Positions 32,526-42,134 are shown, counted from the first letter of the stretch. The stretch is DNA of 64,000 bases from a virus (IMGVR_UViG_3300037418_003161:44420-108419), one strand, 5' to 3'. Numbers and translations are program-made. The notes: a model not told the origin generated them from the letters alone.

Positions 32526-34360
32526 TATTCAAAATTCACTTTAGAAATCGTCTTAGTCCTTACTCTTATATCCTTATTGGGGAAATGGATTTGATATATT
32601 TGATTGGGACGCATATAAATTGTCCCATCAATGATTTGAATTTCATTTGTTGTTACATCCTTATAGGGTTGTGCAACTTGGGCTTCAGAATAGTCGCCCC
32701 CGACTTTGTTGTAAACCCGCAAATCCACCACGTTCACCACGCCCCCGATTTGTCCAATTTCCTTTTGTAGCTCACCTATATAAAGGGGGTCGCCCATCTC
32801 ACGTTTATCATCGGCAAAATAATCGGTTATGGTGGTGATAATTTCTTTAATCACCAGTGAAGAATTTTCCTTTTTATCCAAGACCACATCTACTTCTACA
32901 CCAAGGTCGATGACCTCTGCACTTTCAATCTCCACATAATCATTGAGCATTCTGAATTTGCTTAAATAATCAGCAATATTTTGGCGTAGCGTATTGGAAA
33001 TGGCGTTGGTCAATTTCCCATCCGGGGTATATGATAATAATTTAACCACCACTTTATTTTCTTCTTCGAAGACCCCCACCTTTGCGGGTGCGCCATATGT
33101 GGACGGCATGGTTTTTATCTTGGATTTGTAGTCGTTCAATGTAACAGCCCTGTCTTGTGCGGCAAAATTGAAAGAAATCATATTTCTTACTTCTTCCACT
33201 GTGGGGATGTCATCACCTCCCACCGCAGCCGTAATGTTTGTAACCCGCAGGGAATCTTTCACCCCTTGGTTGATAGAAGCCTGTGGGCCATCGACTTCAA
33301 ATTCAGCATTCTCCACTTGGTTGATAACCCCTACACCAAGATTGGAGACCTTCCCTCCACCGATTCGATATTTGATGAACAGGGTGTTTCCGGCCTTGGG
33401 AATAATACCCAAGGAGGTGTTGTTTAAAAAATCAGAAAGGTCAACCTGTGTTCCATTTAACACAAAGCCGTCCAATTGGTCTTGCAGGGAAGAGCGACCT
33501 GAACCAAATTGTACAGAAAAGAATCCTTCCGGCGTGTATTCCGTAATAAACCGCCTGTCTGTTTTAATGTATTTGCCAGATTTGAAATTATCGGCATCGG
33601 AGATTTGGGTGGGGTCTTCCACAAAAACCTTATCCTCAATGAGTGCGTTGACTTCATACCACTTGTTGGTTGATTGAATAAACTCAGAATCGGTGGGAAG
33701 AGTAGAAAAATCCGTTCCCTCTTTGTCGATGATGCTCAATACACCCAACACGTTTTTTTCCGGTAAAAAAATTTGCAGAAACGGTTTTTGGTCAAAATCG
33801 GTAATCACCTTTTTATAAACCTTGCTCACACCATTGACCACCACTTCCCGCTTGGTCATGGTGTAAGAAATCAAATTGTTGTTGGCATCAAAGTTGGGAA
33901 TTTTAAGACGATTGGGATTTCCTTGGGAATTATAGGGGGAAAGAAAATCAATATCTTCCAATGTTTCGAAAATCTGTCCTGCACCATTTACCTGAGTTCC
34001 GGCTTTTAAAACACCCAAATACCGTTCATCTTCCTTGTCTCCGGCCACTGGCACGTTGATGGAAAAATCACACAGAGCCATGGAGGGACGGTTGCCGGGA
34101 ATACGCAAACCATACGTTCTTGCAATTGCATAAACCGATGTACGCTGTTGGGCGTACTGAAGCACCGTTTCTTGAAACATCCTATCCAAATGGTGGTGGA
34201 GGTTATCCCCAATACCCGCATTTAAGTCCAAAAAGACAGAAAAAATAGATGCATCATTGGCATTCTTAATCAGGTCGGGATAATAGTCCTTGACAAGTTT
34301 GTACAGTTCATTGCGCAAACCGAGGAAGTCCCGGTTGGTATAGGATATCTTTTTACTCAT
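32525..34360 (-). CDS. Baseplate wedge subunit (T4 gp6 / baseplate J-like)
   Basis: YTNRDF..LR..L; AQQRTSVYAIARTYG; FGSG; YRIGGG..SN; GGDD..EEVR..AQDRAVTLNDY. Confidence 0.88.
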   Translation of the reverse strand: MSKKISYTNRDFLGLRNELYKLVKDYYPDLIKNANDASIFSVFLDLNAGIGDNLHHHLDRMFQETVLQYAQQRTSVYAIARTYGLRIPGNRPSMALCDFSINVPVAGDKEDERYLGVLKAGTQVNGAGQIFETLEDIDFLSPYNSQGNPNRLKIPNFDANNNLISYTMTKREVVVNGVSKVYKKVITDFDQKPFLQIFLPEKNVLGVLSIIDKEGTDFSTLPTDSEFIQSTNKWYEVNALIEDKVFVEDPTQISDADNFKSGKYIKTDRRFITEYTPEGFFSVQFGSGRSSLQDQLDGFVLNGTQVDLSDFLNNTSLGIIPKAGNTLFIKYRIGGGKVSNLGVGVINQVENAEFEVDGPQASINQGVKDSLRVTNITAAVGGDDIPTVEEVRNMISFNFAAQDRAVTLNDYKSKIKTMPSTYGAPAKVGVFEEENKVVVKLLSYTPDGKLTNAISNTLRQNIADYLSKFRMLNDYVEIESAEVIDLGVEVDVVLDKKENSSLVIKEIITTITDYFADDKREMGDPLYIGELQKEIGQIGGVVNVVDLRVYNKVGGDYSEAQVAQPYKDVTTNEIQIIDGTIYMRPNQIYQIHFPNKDIRVRTKTISKVNFE

Positions 34361-34371
34361 ACAGATAAATA

Positions 34372-34722
34372 CTATGGATATACCAAAACCTGTATGGGCA
34401 TATTGGTCAACCTTGAATCCATTTGGGTGTTGTTAACACCATAAATTGAAAGAATGTAAATATCGTTGACACTGGATGGCACAGCCACAATGTGGTCAAA
34501 ACTTGAATTACCGCAAAACACCACCGTTTTCCCTACGGTGAATACGCCCGGACAAGTCATAAAATATTCCCCCACATCGGTACGGCTGAAGGTAGGTATT
34601 GCTCCTAGTGTATTTTCAACGATAGTGGCTGTCGGTGCATTTGTTCCGGTTTGGTTTAAAAAGGCTACATATTTTTTTATTGCGGTGGTAAGACCTAATA
34701 TTTCTCCTGTTTCGTAACTCAT
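34372..34722 (-). CDS. 116-aa small beta protein of the type seen at phage fibre termini
   Basis: KKYVAFLNQTGTNAPTATIVENTLG..SRTDVGEY..IQVLVYP; ends in TAG. Confidence 0.65.
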   Translation of the reverse strand: MSYETGEILGLTTAIKKYVAFLNQTGTNAPTATIVENTLGAIPTFSRTDVGEYFMTCPGVFTVGKTVVFCGNSSFDHIVAVPSSVNDIYILSIYGVNNTQMDSRLTNMPIQVLVYP

Positions 34723-34743
34723 AATATTTTATTCTATAAATAT

Positions 34744-35202
34744 TTAGATGTTTATGATTACAAAGTCTTTGGTATCAAACACGGAACTGTTTTTAATGGT
34801 ATAGTCAATTCTAATTTGGGCGGTATGTTGAAGTGAATCAGAAGTCCCCAAACGAAACAAACGGTTGTCCAGTTCCGGGTTGGTATTTTTTAGACTTTGG
34901 TCTTCATTTTCATCAGCCGCTTGGATGGTAATGGATTGAATGTCCAAGTTGGGGATATATTTTTTACATGATTCCCGGATTTCTTCTTCAATAGAGGAAA
35001 AGGTTTGTCCGTCCATGGGTTCAAAAATGAAATCGTAAAGCCGGGTTCCAAAGTCCGGCAGGAAGAAACGACTTCCTTTTCTTGTTAAAATCAAATGAAT
35101 CAGGTTGGAGCGGATTTCCTGTTGAGCGGTTTCTGTCATCCTGATAAAATCTCCTTTACTTGAATCTTGGAAGGGAAAACTTATCCCATAATAATTCCTC
35201 AT
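34744..35202 (-). CDS. Baseplate wedge / sheath initiator (T4 gp25, GPW family)
   Basis: GISFPF..IRSNLIHLILTRKGSRFFLPDFGTRLYDFIFEP. Confidence 0.92.
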   Translation of the reverse strand: MRNYYGISFPFQDSSKGDFIRMTETAQQEIRSNLIHLILTRKGSRFFLPDFGTRLYDFIFEPMDGQTFSSIEEEIRESCKKYIPNLDIQSITIQAADENEDQSLKNTNPELDNRLFRLGTSDSLQHTAQIRIDYTIKNSSVFDTKDFVIINI

Positions 35203-35239
35203 GTTAATAAATATATAAAGCGGGATTCTTGGTATACTG

Positions 35240-35271
35240 TTTGATTTAACTTTGTTTTTGTATTATCTTTG
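35240..35271 (+). promoter_or_regulatory. Bacteroidota-type sigma70 promoter (-33 TTTG, -7 TATCTTTG, 20-nt spacer)
   Basis: Matches TTTG-N~19-21-TAnnTTTG, 20 nt upstream of the ATG at 35292. Confidence 0.75.
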
Positions 35272-35291
35272 TTTTTCAATTTGTAGCCTAA

Positions 35292-35960
35292 ATGAAGAAA
35301 TTTTTAATCTGCGCCATGTGGCTCTGTGGCTGTAGTAAAAACCATATTGAGCCTACCAGTGTGTCTATCACCCTTACTCCCCCGGAAAATTCAAACTTCG
35401 TAATTCTGCTTGATTTTGATGGAGCGTCCACAAATGGAACACATTGGGGAGATTATACCCTTACTCCATCTTCTATAGAAGGAGATGCGGTTCGGACAGT
35501 TGCGCAGGGGGTGTACGATGCTTTTGCCCCTTTTGGTGTGGTGGTCACAACGGATGAATCGCTTTATCACCAATTTCCGATTTCCAAAAGAATAAGGGCC
35601 GTTTTTACAAATACCATCATTACAAAGCAAGAACTTGGTGGGATTTCTATCCTAAATTCTGTATCTTTTAATGATGATACGCCAGTGATAATATATAGTA
35701 GTGTTTTGAACAACTACCTTCCATTGGTTATAAGAGCGACCATTCATGAAATTGGTCATGGTTTTGGTCTCAGACACCAATCAGATTATGACGACAAGTG
35801 CGTTAGGGTAAATGAGTATTCTGAAGGGTCGGGCCAAACAGTTCCATTTATGGGTGATATATACCGAGGTACGACAGGGGTTTGGCGAAAAGGCCCTTCC
35901 CAACTTGGTTGTAGTATAATACAAGACGACACTGCGATTATCAGGAAGGTGATATTCTAA
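35292..35960 (+). CDS. Lipoprotein zinc metalloprotease (metzincin)
   Basis: MKKFLICAMWLCGC lipobox-like signal; HEIGHGFGLRH (HExxHxxGxxH); Met-turn PFMG. Confidence 0.85.
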   Translation: MKKFLICAMWLCGCSKNHIEPTSVSITLTPPENSNFVILLDFDGASTNGTHWGDYTLTPSSIEGDAVRTVAQGVYDAFAPFGVVVTTDESLYHQFPISKRIRAVFTNTIITKQELGGISILNSVSFNDDTPVIIYSSVLNNYLPLVIRATIHEIGHGFGLRHQSDYDDKCVRVNEYSEGSGQTVPFMGDIYRGTTGVWRKGPSQLGCSIIQDDTAIIRKVIF

Positions 35961-35970
35961 AAAAATATTT

Positions 35971-36000
35971 TTTGTTTTTCAAAAAGTTGTTTTATCTTTG
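35971..36000 (+). promoter_or_regulatory. Bacteroidota-type promoter (TTTG-N18-TATCTTTG)
   Basis: Directly upstream of the A-rich leader of the gene at 36024. Confidence 0.75.
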
Positions 36001-36023
36001 TTTTAGAAACAAACAACAACATC

Positions 36024-37631
36024 ATGGAAGCAATTTCTTACAAACATCTCCTGTCTGAATACAAGGAGGAAATTGAAAAACAACTCATTGCGCTTTGCAA
36101 GGTCGCCAAGCGGGTAGGCGTTCCCGAACCAACTTGGAAATTCAGTGAAGAATATGAATTTGAGTTTTCCGCTCAGGTTGGTTTCACGCAGGAAGCCGAT
36201 GCCAACGGTTCGTGGGTTGAACCCGAACACGAAACCTTTATTGAGAAGGTTTTCGACATTGAAATCGACTTAGCCCAAACAATCAAAATGGAGGGTGGTT
36301 GGAGCATTGTAGCCGCCATTTCTCACCGGGAAGGCGTTATCATCCAAATCGATGAGAATGTTGAACTTCCTGCCCGGTTTAAACCCCAAATCGACACCTG
36401 TGAGCATTGTGGTCGTTCTTTCCCAAGGGTTAAGTCTTTTGTGGTGGTTAACGAGCAGGGGGAATTCAAACAGTTGGGTAAGACCTGTATGAAGCAGTTC
36501 TTGGGTGTCAATCCCATCAGTTACATTTCCATGTTTGAAGCTGTTTCCAAATTCAGCAACTTTATTCTGACAACCGGGTACTCCAAAAACGGTGGTGGTC
36601 GTTTGGATAACTTGGCCTACAATGTGGATGAACTGCTGCGTTATACCATTGGCACAGTTCAGCGTGAAGGTAAGTTCGTTAAGGCTGAATGGGAAGAAAG
36701 AGTTATTGATACAAATCGGTGGGGTCAAGAAATCACTAAAAACTTCCGCACCAACTTGGGTTATGCCACCATCGACAAGGTGAAAGAAATCCTGAGTGCC
36801 AAAATTTACTTCCGTTACAACGAAAACAAGCTGGCCGAGGCTCAGGCAATCACCCAAGAGCAGTTGGATAAAATTAAGCTGAGGGCTGCAAATTACTATG
36901 CTCATTATCAAAAATGGGCCAAACTGTTCGAAGCCGAGAACACCGAAGACTATAAAACAGCCGCTAATGAGGCTTATTATCAATATTCCACAAGAAAGGA
37001 AGTTATTGATTTGTATGACACCTATCAGACCTATTTAAAGGGGTTAACCGACCTGTTTTCCTACAGCGAGGAAGTGGAGAAGATAAAGAAGTGGGCGGCA
37101 GATATCACCATAAGAATGAAGAAAGAGGTAGATGAGGAAGATGGGGAGATTAAGGAAGTTGTGGCTTCCAATTTTGAAAACTTCAAAATTGGTGTTAGGG
37201 AAAGCTTCCAAAAAGAGCGTATTCTGCAAAGCAATTTAAAATACATCTGCACCGGGTACAACCTGTACCTGAAAGATTTGGAATACAAAGCCACGAATGC
37301 TGACCGTTTGGCAAAAGCCGCAGCATCTACCCATGTGGGTGTGGTTGGCGAGAAGTCTCATTTGGTATTAAAAGTAACAAACTACAAAACCGGGTTTGGT
37401 ACTTTTGGGACATGGCATCTGTGGACATTAGAGGATGCACAAGGCAACCAGTTTAAAAAATTTGGTACGTTGGATGAAAAACATATCATCCAAAAGGCCG
37501 AAAATGGTGAATTGGTTGGCAGCACCTTGGAAGCCCTGTTTGAAATCAAACAACACGAAGACTTTCAGGGGTGCAAAATCACCCAATTGGGTCGGGGTAG
37601 CAAGGTTAAAAACGCCAAGTATGTCAAATGA
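36024..37631 (+). CDS. 535-aa early phage protein with a putative Zn site (CEHC..GKTC) and C-terminal OB-fold-like domain
   Basis: HVGVVGEK..FGTWHLWTLEDAQGNQF..IKQHEDFQG..TQL. Confidence 0.7.
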   Translation: MEAISYKHLLSEYKEEIEKQLIALCKVAKRVGVPEPTWKFSEEYEFEFSAQVGFTQEADANGSWVEPEHETFIEKVFDIEIDLAQTIKMEGGWSIVAAISHREGVIIQIDENVELPARFKPQIDTCEHCGRSFPRVKSFVVVNEQGEFKQLGKTCMKQFLGVNPISYISMFEAVSKFSNFILTTGYSKNGGGRLDNLAYNVDELLRYTIGTVQREGKFVKAEWEERVIDTNRWGQEITKNFRTNLGYATIDKVKEILSAKIYFRYNENKLAEAQAITQEQLDKIKLRAANYYAHYQKWAKLFEAENTEDYKTAANEAYYQYSTRKEVIDLYDTYQTYLKGLTDLFSYSEEVEKIKKWAADITIRMKKEVDEEDGEIKEVVASNFENFKIGVRESFQKERILQSNLKYICTGYNLYLKDLEYKATNADRLAKAAASTHVGVVGEKSHLVLKVTNYKTGFGTFGTWHLWTLEDAQGNQFKKFGTLDEKHIIQKAENGELVGSTLEALFEIKQHEDFQGCKITQLGRGSKVKNAKYVK

Positions 37632-37875
37632 TTCCCTTATTATTGAATTATTAAAGAAGCGTTATGTGGGTGAGTATGAAAGATTTACCATACTCAGCTT
37701 TTACAAACACTATTTTTTGGATAATACCTATTGGATGGTGGTCATATGGAATATGGATGAAGACTCTACCATAAAGTCTACCATACAGGAGCGAATGAAA
37801 GCACATAAAGCCGTAACTAATATTCTCAATGAAATCAGAACCTATTATGGTATCACCATTGATTGGACAGCATGA
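37621..37875 (+). CDS. 84-aa hypothetical protein (MSNDSLIIELLKK)
   Basis: In-frame ATG at 37621 within track ORF 37435..37875; overlaps the end of the upstream gene. Confidence 0.65.
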   Translation: MSNDSLIIELLKKRYVGEYERFTILSFYKHYFLDNTYWMVVIWNMDEDSTIKSTIQERMKAHKAVTNILNEIRTYYGITIDWTA

Positions 37876-37955
37876 AACTAGTAAAATTAATATATAGTCA
37901 TTCCAAGCCCGGTACGCAGCCGTGAGGCGGTTGCGTAAAACTACTCGATTTTTAA
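37872..37955 (+). CDS. Micro-ORF MKLVKLIYSHSKPGTQP(UGA)GGCVKLLDF; 17 aa, or 27 aa with read-through
   Basis: ATGA overlap with the upstream stop; TGA at 37923-37925 lies in the loop of hairpin 37913-37937. Confidence 0.45.
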
Positions 37956-38004
37956 AATAAAGTTAAAAAGATTTGCATTTTTAAAAAACCCATACAATCT
38001 TTGA

Positions 38005-38061
38005 TTGGTTTTTCATAGGATATTGGATTAAACGAGGCTGGATTTCTATCCGGCCTTTTTT
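38005..38061 (+). ncRNA. Candidate small RNA of about 55 nt with an intrinsic terminator
   Basis: Promoter-like TTTG(37972)-N20-AATCTTTG(37996-38003); no plus-strand ORF; hairpin AGGCTGGAT-TTCT-ATCCGGCCT followed by a T run. Confidence 0.5.
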
Positions 38062-38066
38062 ATATT

Positions 38067-38097
38067 AAAAACAACCCCCGGATTTTTCCGGGGGTTG
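38067..38097 (-). terminator. Intrinsic terminator downstream of nrdJ
   Basis: 11-bp stem CAACCCCCGGA/TCCGGGGGTTG with T5 on the minus strand. Confidence 0.8.
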
Positions 38098-38137
38098 GCG
38101 CAGCAGTCCTTTGAAATTTATTTCAAGGTAAAGATAA

Positions 38138-40675
38138 TTAACTACAACGTGACATGCCACAGGATTTGCACTTTTGGCAACCTTCCTGCAAAATCATTCC
38201 TTCAGGGTCGCCACATTCATCACACTTCCGGTCAGTCTCAGACACCTCAGTTAAATATTTCTTCAGCGTCCTTGCAATGGCCTTGGAAAAAGACAGGATA
38301 TTACCATTAGATTTTTGTAGTTGGTTATAGATATGTTTAATATCCGAACCATGACGCAAGCTATTGGAAATCATCCGGGTCAGGGCTTCTTGCTCATCGG
38401 TTTCAAATAATTCTCCAATGTTTTCCAACTGCACGTCACCGTCCCCAATAGTAAGGTCATAATGGCCGGACTTAATTCTTGTCAATTTTCCGTGTTTTAT
38501 CTTATCAGAGAGGACAATACCCTTCTTTTTAAAGGCAAACACCTCATAAGGGTCTTTCCCATAGAGACCAACCAAAACCAACCATTTTTCTCCTGCCACC
38601 GACACATTGTGGATGTCACAATTAAGCATTTTAGGCCGTTTAGGGGCATCATTTTTCCTGATGCCATCTCCATCCTCTTTTTTCTCTGTAGAGGAAAGAA
38701 CGGTGGTCATAGTCCCTTCACGATAGGTTGTTGCTCCTTTAATAACCCCGGTTTTATAACATTCCATATAAAGGTGTTTAAAATCCTCATATGGATATTC
38801 TTTGGGTAGATTTACCGTCTTGCTCATAGCCGAATCAATATATTTTGCCATAACTGCCATAGTGTTCACATGCTCATCAATGGCAAGTTGTGTGGTGGTT
38901 GCGGCCCATTCTGCTGTAGCATCCCACTCACCTCTCTCAGCCAAATAACGAACGGCATAGTCTTGAACAACGGTTTCACGGAGCAGACCCCTTGATTTAT
39001 CCACTTTATAGACATACCCACCAAATTCCGTTTTTAAGAGGTTTTCGTCCCCTTCCTTTATCCACACCCATTCAGTTGTAGAATCGAAGGTTTTACTGTC
39101 CCAATTGATGTTTTTGGGTCTATCTAAACCTTCCGGTGCATACGGCATAATAGCAGTACGTATATATTCCGGCAAGAATACTGGCTCAAGGCCACCCGAT
39201 ACGTTGTTGGCAAAAACAGACGAGTTCCCGGTTGGTTGAATTGAGAGCAGATGTGAATTGCGAACCCCATATTCAGCAATCATATCCCTTGTTTCTTGCG
39301 AAAGAACTTTTACAAAATTACCGGACAGATATTTGTGTTTATCAAATAAAGGAAATGCGCCCTTTTCTTTTGCCAACGTTGCCGAAGCCTGATATGCGGT
39401 ATTGGCAATAAATTCATAAAGCTTCTCAGTAATTTCAAGGGCTTTTTTCGAACCATAACGAAGCTTCATCATCATAAGGGCAGAACCATATCCCATAATA
39501 CCAAGACCGATTCTTCTCTTATTTTTTAAATTTTCTTTTTGTGATTCCAATGGAACATATGTAACATCATTTACATTGTCCATGAAACGAACAGCAATTG
39601 GAATAACCTTTTTTAACCCTTCATAATCCCAATCTCTTTTTTTGAAATTAACAAATTGGGTTAGGTTGATAGAACCTAAAAGGCAAACACCTCCAATCGG
39701 AAGGATTTGTTCCCCACATGGATTTGTCGCAGAGATATATTCTGAATAGTATAAGTTGTTCAGACGGTTCATTGTGTCAACGAACAAAACCCCCGGCTCA
39801 TTTCTGTTGTAGGTGGACTTCATAATTGTTTCCCACAACTCATTCGCATTTTCATAAGTTTTGTATATAACCGTTTCATACCCACGGCCCTTCCATTCTT
39901 TCAAATTACCGTTCCAGTATTTCTTATACTCTTCTTTGTGTAACTCATAATTTGGAAATTCCAAACTCCATGGTTTGTTGTTTTCAACTGCATCCATGAA
40001 TTCATCGGTTGCCAGTACCGACATATTAAATTTGGTAAGACGGCCTGAAGTTAGTTTGGCTGTTATGAATTCTTCGATATCAGGATGCCACACGCTCATT
40101 GTAACCATTTGTGCGCCTTTCCTGATTTTAACTTTAGCCTCTTTTTTCTTTGATTTTTTTCCCGAACCTTCTGTAATAACTGCGGATTGTGTATCCCACA
40201 TATCCAACATTCTTACTGCACCGGGTGATTCATTAGCAATTCCTTGAATGAAAGCACCTCTTGGTCTCATTACATCTGCACATACACCGTAACCTCCTTC
40301 TGATTTTAATATCATTGCTTGACGTTGAAGAGATTGGAGAATACCTACCATACTGTCTTGGTCTTCGCCCATAAACCCATCAACAAAACAATTAATATAA
40401 GTTGTTCCCTTAAGACCCGTTCCTGCATTTGATGTGATACGGCCACCGGGAACGAATCTGAAATTTTCCTGTAACCACAAAAATTGTTGTGTCCAATAAT
40501 CTTTGTCTTCTTCTACTTTTGCTAAATCCTTTGCAACACGAAGCTGCGTGGTGTTTATGTTTTCTTCTCCATATCGGTAAGTCTGTTCATATATCTCCTT
40601 ACTGAAATCATCGGTAAAAACCGTATTAATAGAAAAGTCTACCTCTTGGGCTTTTTGCTTAATTGTTTGTTCCAT
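38138..40675 (-). CDS. nrdJ: Class II (adenosylcobalamin-dependent) ribonucleotide reductase with C-terminal TSCPD-like domain and Zn ribbon
   Basis: PGGR, NCF, EPG, TNPCGEQ, CLLGSINL, RRIGLG, PTG..S, GGLEP, SKTVN. No class I YY pair. KRPK..PYEVF domain and C-terminal CDEC..CKSC..C. Confidence 0.92.
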   Translation of the reverse strand: MEQTIKQKAQEVDFSINTVFTDDFSKEIYEQTYRYGEENINTTQLRVAKDLAKVEEDKDYWTQQFLWLQENFRFVPGGRITSNAGTGLKGTTYINCFVDGFMGEDQDSMVGILQSLQRQAMILKSEGGYGVCADVMRPRGAFIQGIANESPGAVRMLDMWDTQSAVITEGSGKKSKKKEAKVKIRKGAQMVTMSVWHPDIEEFITAKLTSGRLTKFNMSVLATDEFMDAVENNKPWSLEFPNYELHKEEYKKYWNGNLKEWKGRGYETVIYKTYENANELWETIMKSTYNRNEPGVLFVDTMNRLNNLYYSEYISATNPCGEQILPIGGVCLLGSINLTQFVNFKKRDWDYEGLKKVIPIAVRFMDNVNDVTYVPLESQKENLKNKRRIGLGIMGYGSALMMMKLRYGSKKALEITEKLYEFIANTAYQASATLAKEKGAFPLFDKHKYLSGNFVKVLSQETRDMIAEYGVRNSHLLSIQPTGNSSVFANNVSGGLEPVFLPEYIRTAIMPYAPEGLDRPKNINWDSKTFDSTTEWVWIKEGDENLLKTEFGGYVYKVDKSRGLLRETVVQDYAVRYLAERGEWDATAEWAATTTQLAIDEHVNTMAVMAKYIDSAMSKTVNLPKEYPYEDFKHLYMECYKTGVIKGATTYREGTMTTVLSSTEKKEDGDGIRKNDAPKRPKMLNCDIHNVSVAGEKWLVLVGLYGKDPYEVFAFKKKGIVLSDKIKHGKLTRIKSGHYDLTIGDGDVQLENIGELFETDEQEALTRMISNSLRHGSDIKHIYNQLQKSNGNILSFSKAIARTLKKYLTEVSETDRKCDECGDPEGMILQEGCQKCKSCGMSRCS

Positions 40676-40696
40676 TTTTTTTATTCCGAAAACTGT

Positions 40697-42088
40697 TTAT
40701 TTTTTATTTTGATTTTGCTGTTCGTTAAATAAAGCGGCTTCCCTTATGCGGCTTTGTCTGCGCTTCATTTCTTGCGCTTCTTTATCCACTTCAAAACCAA
40801 GGAAAGTGCTGCACGACTCGGTGTCTATTCTTAAGTACTCGTTATCGAACGTACAATTGTTAAACACCAACCCATCTGGCCCTATGCGGGATTTGGTGAT
40901 TGCCATGGTTGCCAGTTTGTTTTCTTTTTGGTTGAGGGTCTTGGCAATGGTGATGATAACGTGGCCCACTTGTGCTTTTTTAATTGAACCTCCCATTTGG
41001 TCGGTTGTGACCACATCCGATGCAATGGAACTGCGGTTTCCTTGGGTAGCGACCCATGTAGCTACATCCAATTCATGACCCATCGCTTCAATTTGGCGCA
41101 TCAGTGTACCCTCGTTCACCCAATCTTCTCCACCTGAAATAATACAGTCAACATAGTCAATAATGATAAGGTCGATTTTACCTACTTCAGCAATTACTTT
41201 TAGGATACGGCTTTTTAAATCCGCAAACGTGTAGGTCTCAGAGGGGTATTTACGCAAAATGAGCTTACCAGTACACTTGGCTTTGAACTCTTCAAGTATG
41301 GCTTTTATTCGCTCTACCTGATTGCCTTGGTCATTAGGAGAAATACCTGTAATTCCGCATATATGTTTACGTTGGATTTGTTTCTTTTTATCCTCAAAAA
41401 AGATATGCAGTACATTGTACCCCAACTTGTATGCAGTATTGGCAAACTTGGTAGTAATGGTTGATTTTCCCACACCAGTTGGCGCAAGGATAACACCTAA
41501 TTCTCCTTTACCCAATCCCCCACTGAGTGGGTCATCCAAACCTTTTATGCCTGTGGGTATAGGGTGTCTGAAATCCGGGCTGAGAACTTCATCCAAATCA
41601 TCAAAAACGTCCTTGGTGTCCTCATCATCCTGAACACCCACTTGCAGGGCCTCCCGGATGAGTTCTTCTGCCTTGTCGTAGTTTTCAAAGTCACCCTTCT
41701 TAATCATGGTGTCCACCTTTTTGATGGCTTTGTGCAACTCCTGTTGTTTACAGAATTTAAGGGCTTTTTCTTTGATGAAGGAGCTTTCCCCGGCTTCAAT
41801 TTCAAGGGCTTTAACCTCCTTTAAAACGTCCATTACGTATTGACGTGCCATGTCGGATTTGATGTCGCTCACCACCAACATATCCAACGAATCGAAAGTG
41901 GGAATGGAGTCGTATTTTTCAGCGAATTCTTTAATCAGTTGAACGATGAGGCGGTAGTAATCGTTGTCGAAATACTTAGAATTTATGGTGTGTATTATCG
42001 AGTGTGAAAACTTCTTGTCGGTAATCAGTAAGTAGAGTAGAGAAATTTGAAATTTGTGTCCTAGATATCCAAAATTTTTGTCACTCAT
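40697..42088 (-). CDS. dnaB: Replicative helicase (DnaB / T4 gp41 family)
   Basis: IPTGIKGLDDPLSGGLGKGEL; Walker A APTGVGKS; IIIDYVD; ATQGNR; KSRIG. Confidence 0.92.
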   Translation of the reverse strand: MSDKNFGYLGHKFQISLLYLLITDKKFSHSIIHTINSKYFDNDYYRLIVQLIKEFAEKYDSIPTFDSLDMLVVSDIKSDMARQYVMDVLKEVKALEIEAGESSFIKEKALKFCKQQELHKAIKKVDTMIKKGDFENYDKAEELIREALQVGVQDDEDTKDVFDDLDEVLSPDFRHPIPTGIKGLDDPLSGGLGKGELGVILAPTGVGKSTITTKFANTAYKLGYNVLHIFFEDKKKQIQRKHICGITGISPNDQGNQVERIKAILEEFKAKCTGKLILRKYPSETYTFADLKSRILKVIAEVGKIDLIIIDYVDCIISGGEDWVNEGTLMRQIEAMGHELDVATWVATQGNRSSIASDVVTTDQMGGSIKKAQVGHVIITIAKTLNQKENKLATMAITKSRIGPDGLVFNNCTFDNEYLRIDTESCSTFLGFEVDKEAQEMKRRQSRIREAALFNEQQNQNKK

Positions 42089-42134
42089 TTTTTCATAGGG
42101 ATTAAATGTAAAAAATAAATATGCTCAATGGGGC

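Noticed and set aside
34357-34374. Amber read-through fusing TAG-ending genes to their neighbours
   Set aside because: Read-through at 34372 adds only YLSV before TGA; at 31746 the extension is out of frame with the next gene.
36270-36983. 237-aa minus-strand ORF, and track ORFs 45666..45863 and 27730..28314
   Set aside because: Antisense or alternative-frame overlaps of better genes, or spanning promoter/terminator DNA; no recognisable motifs.
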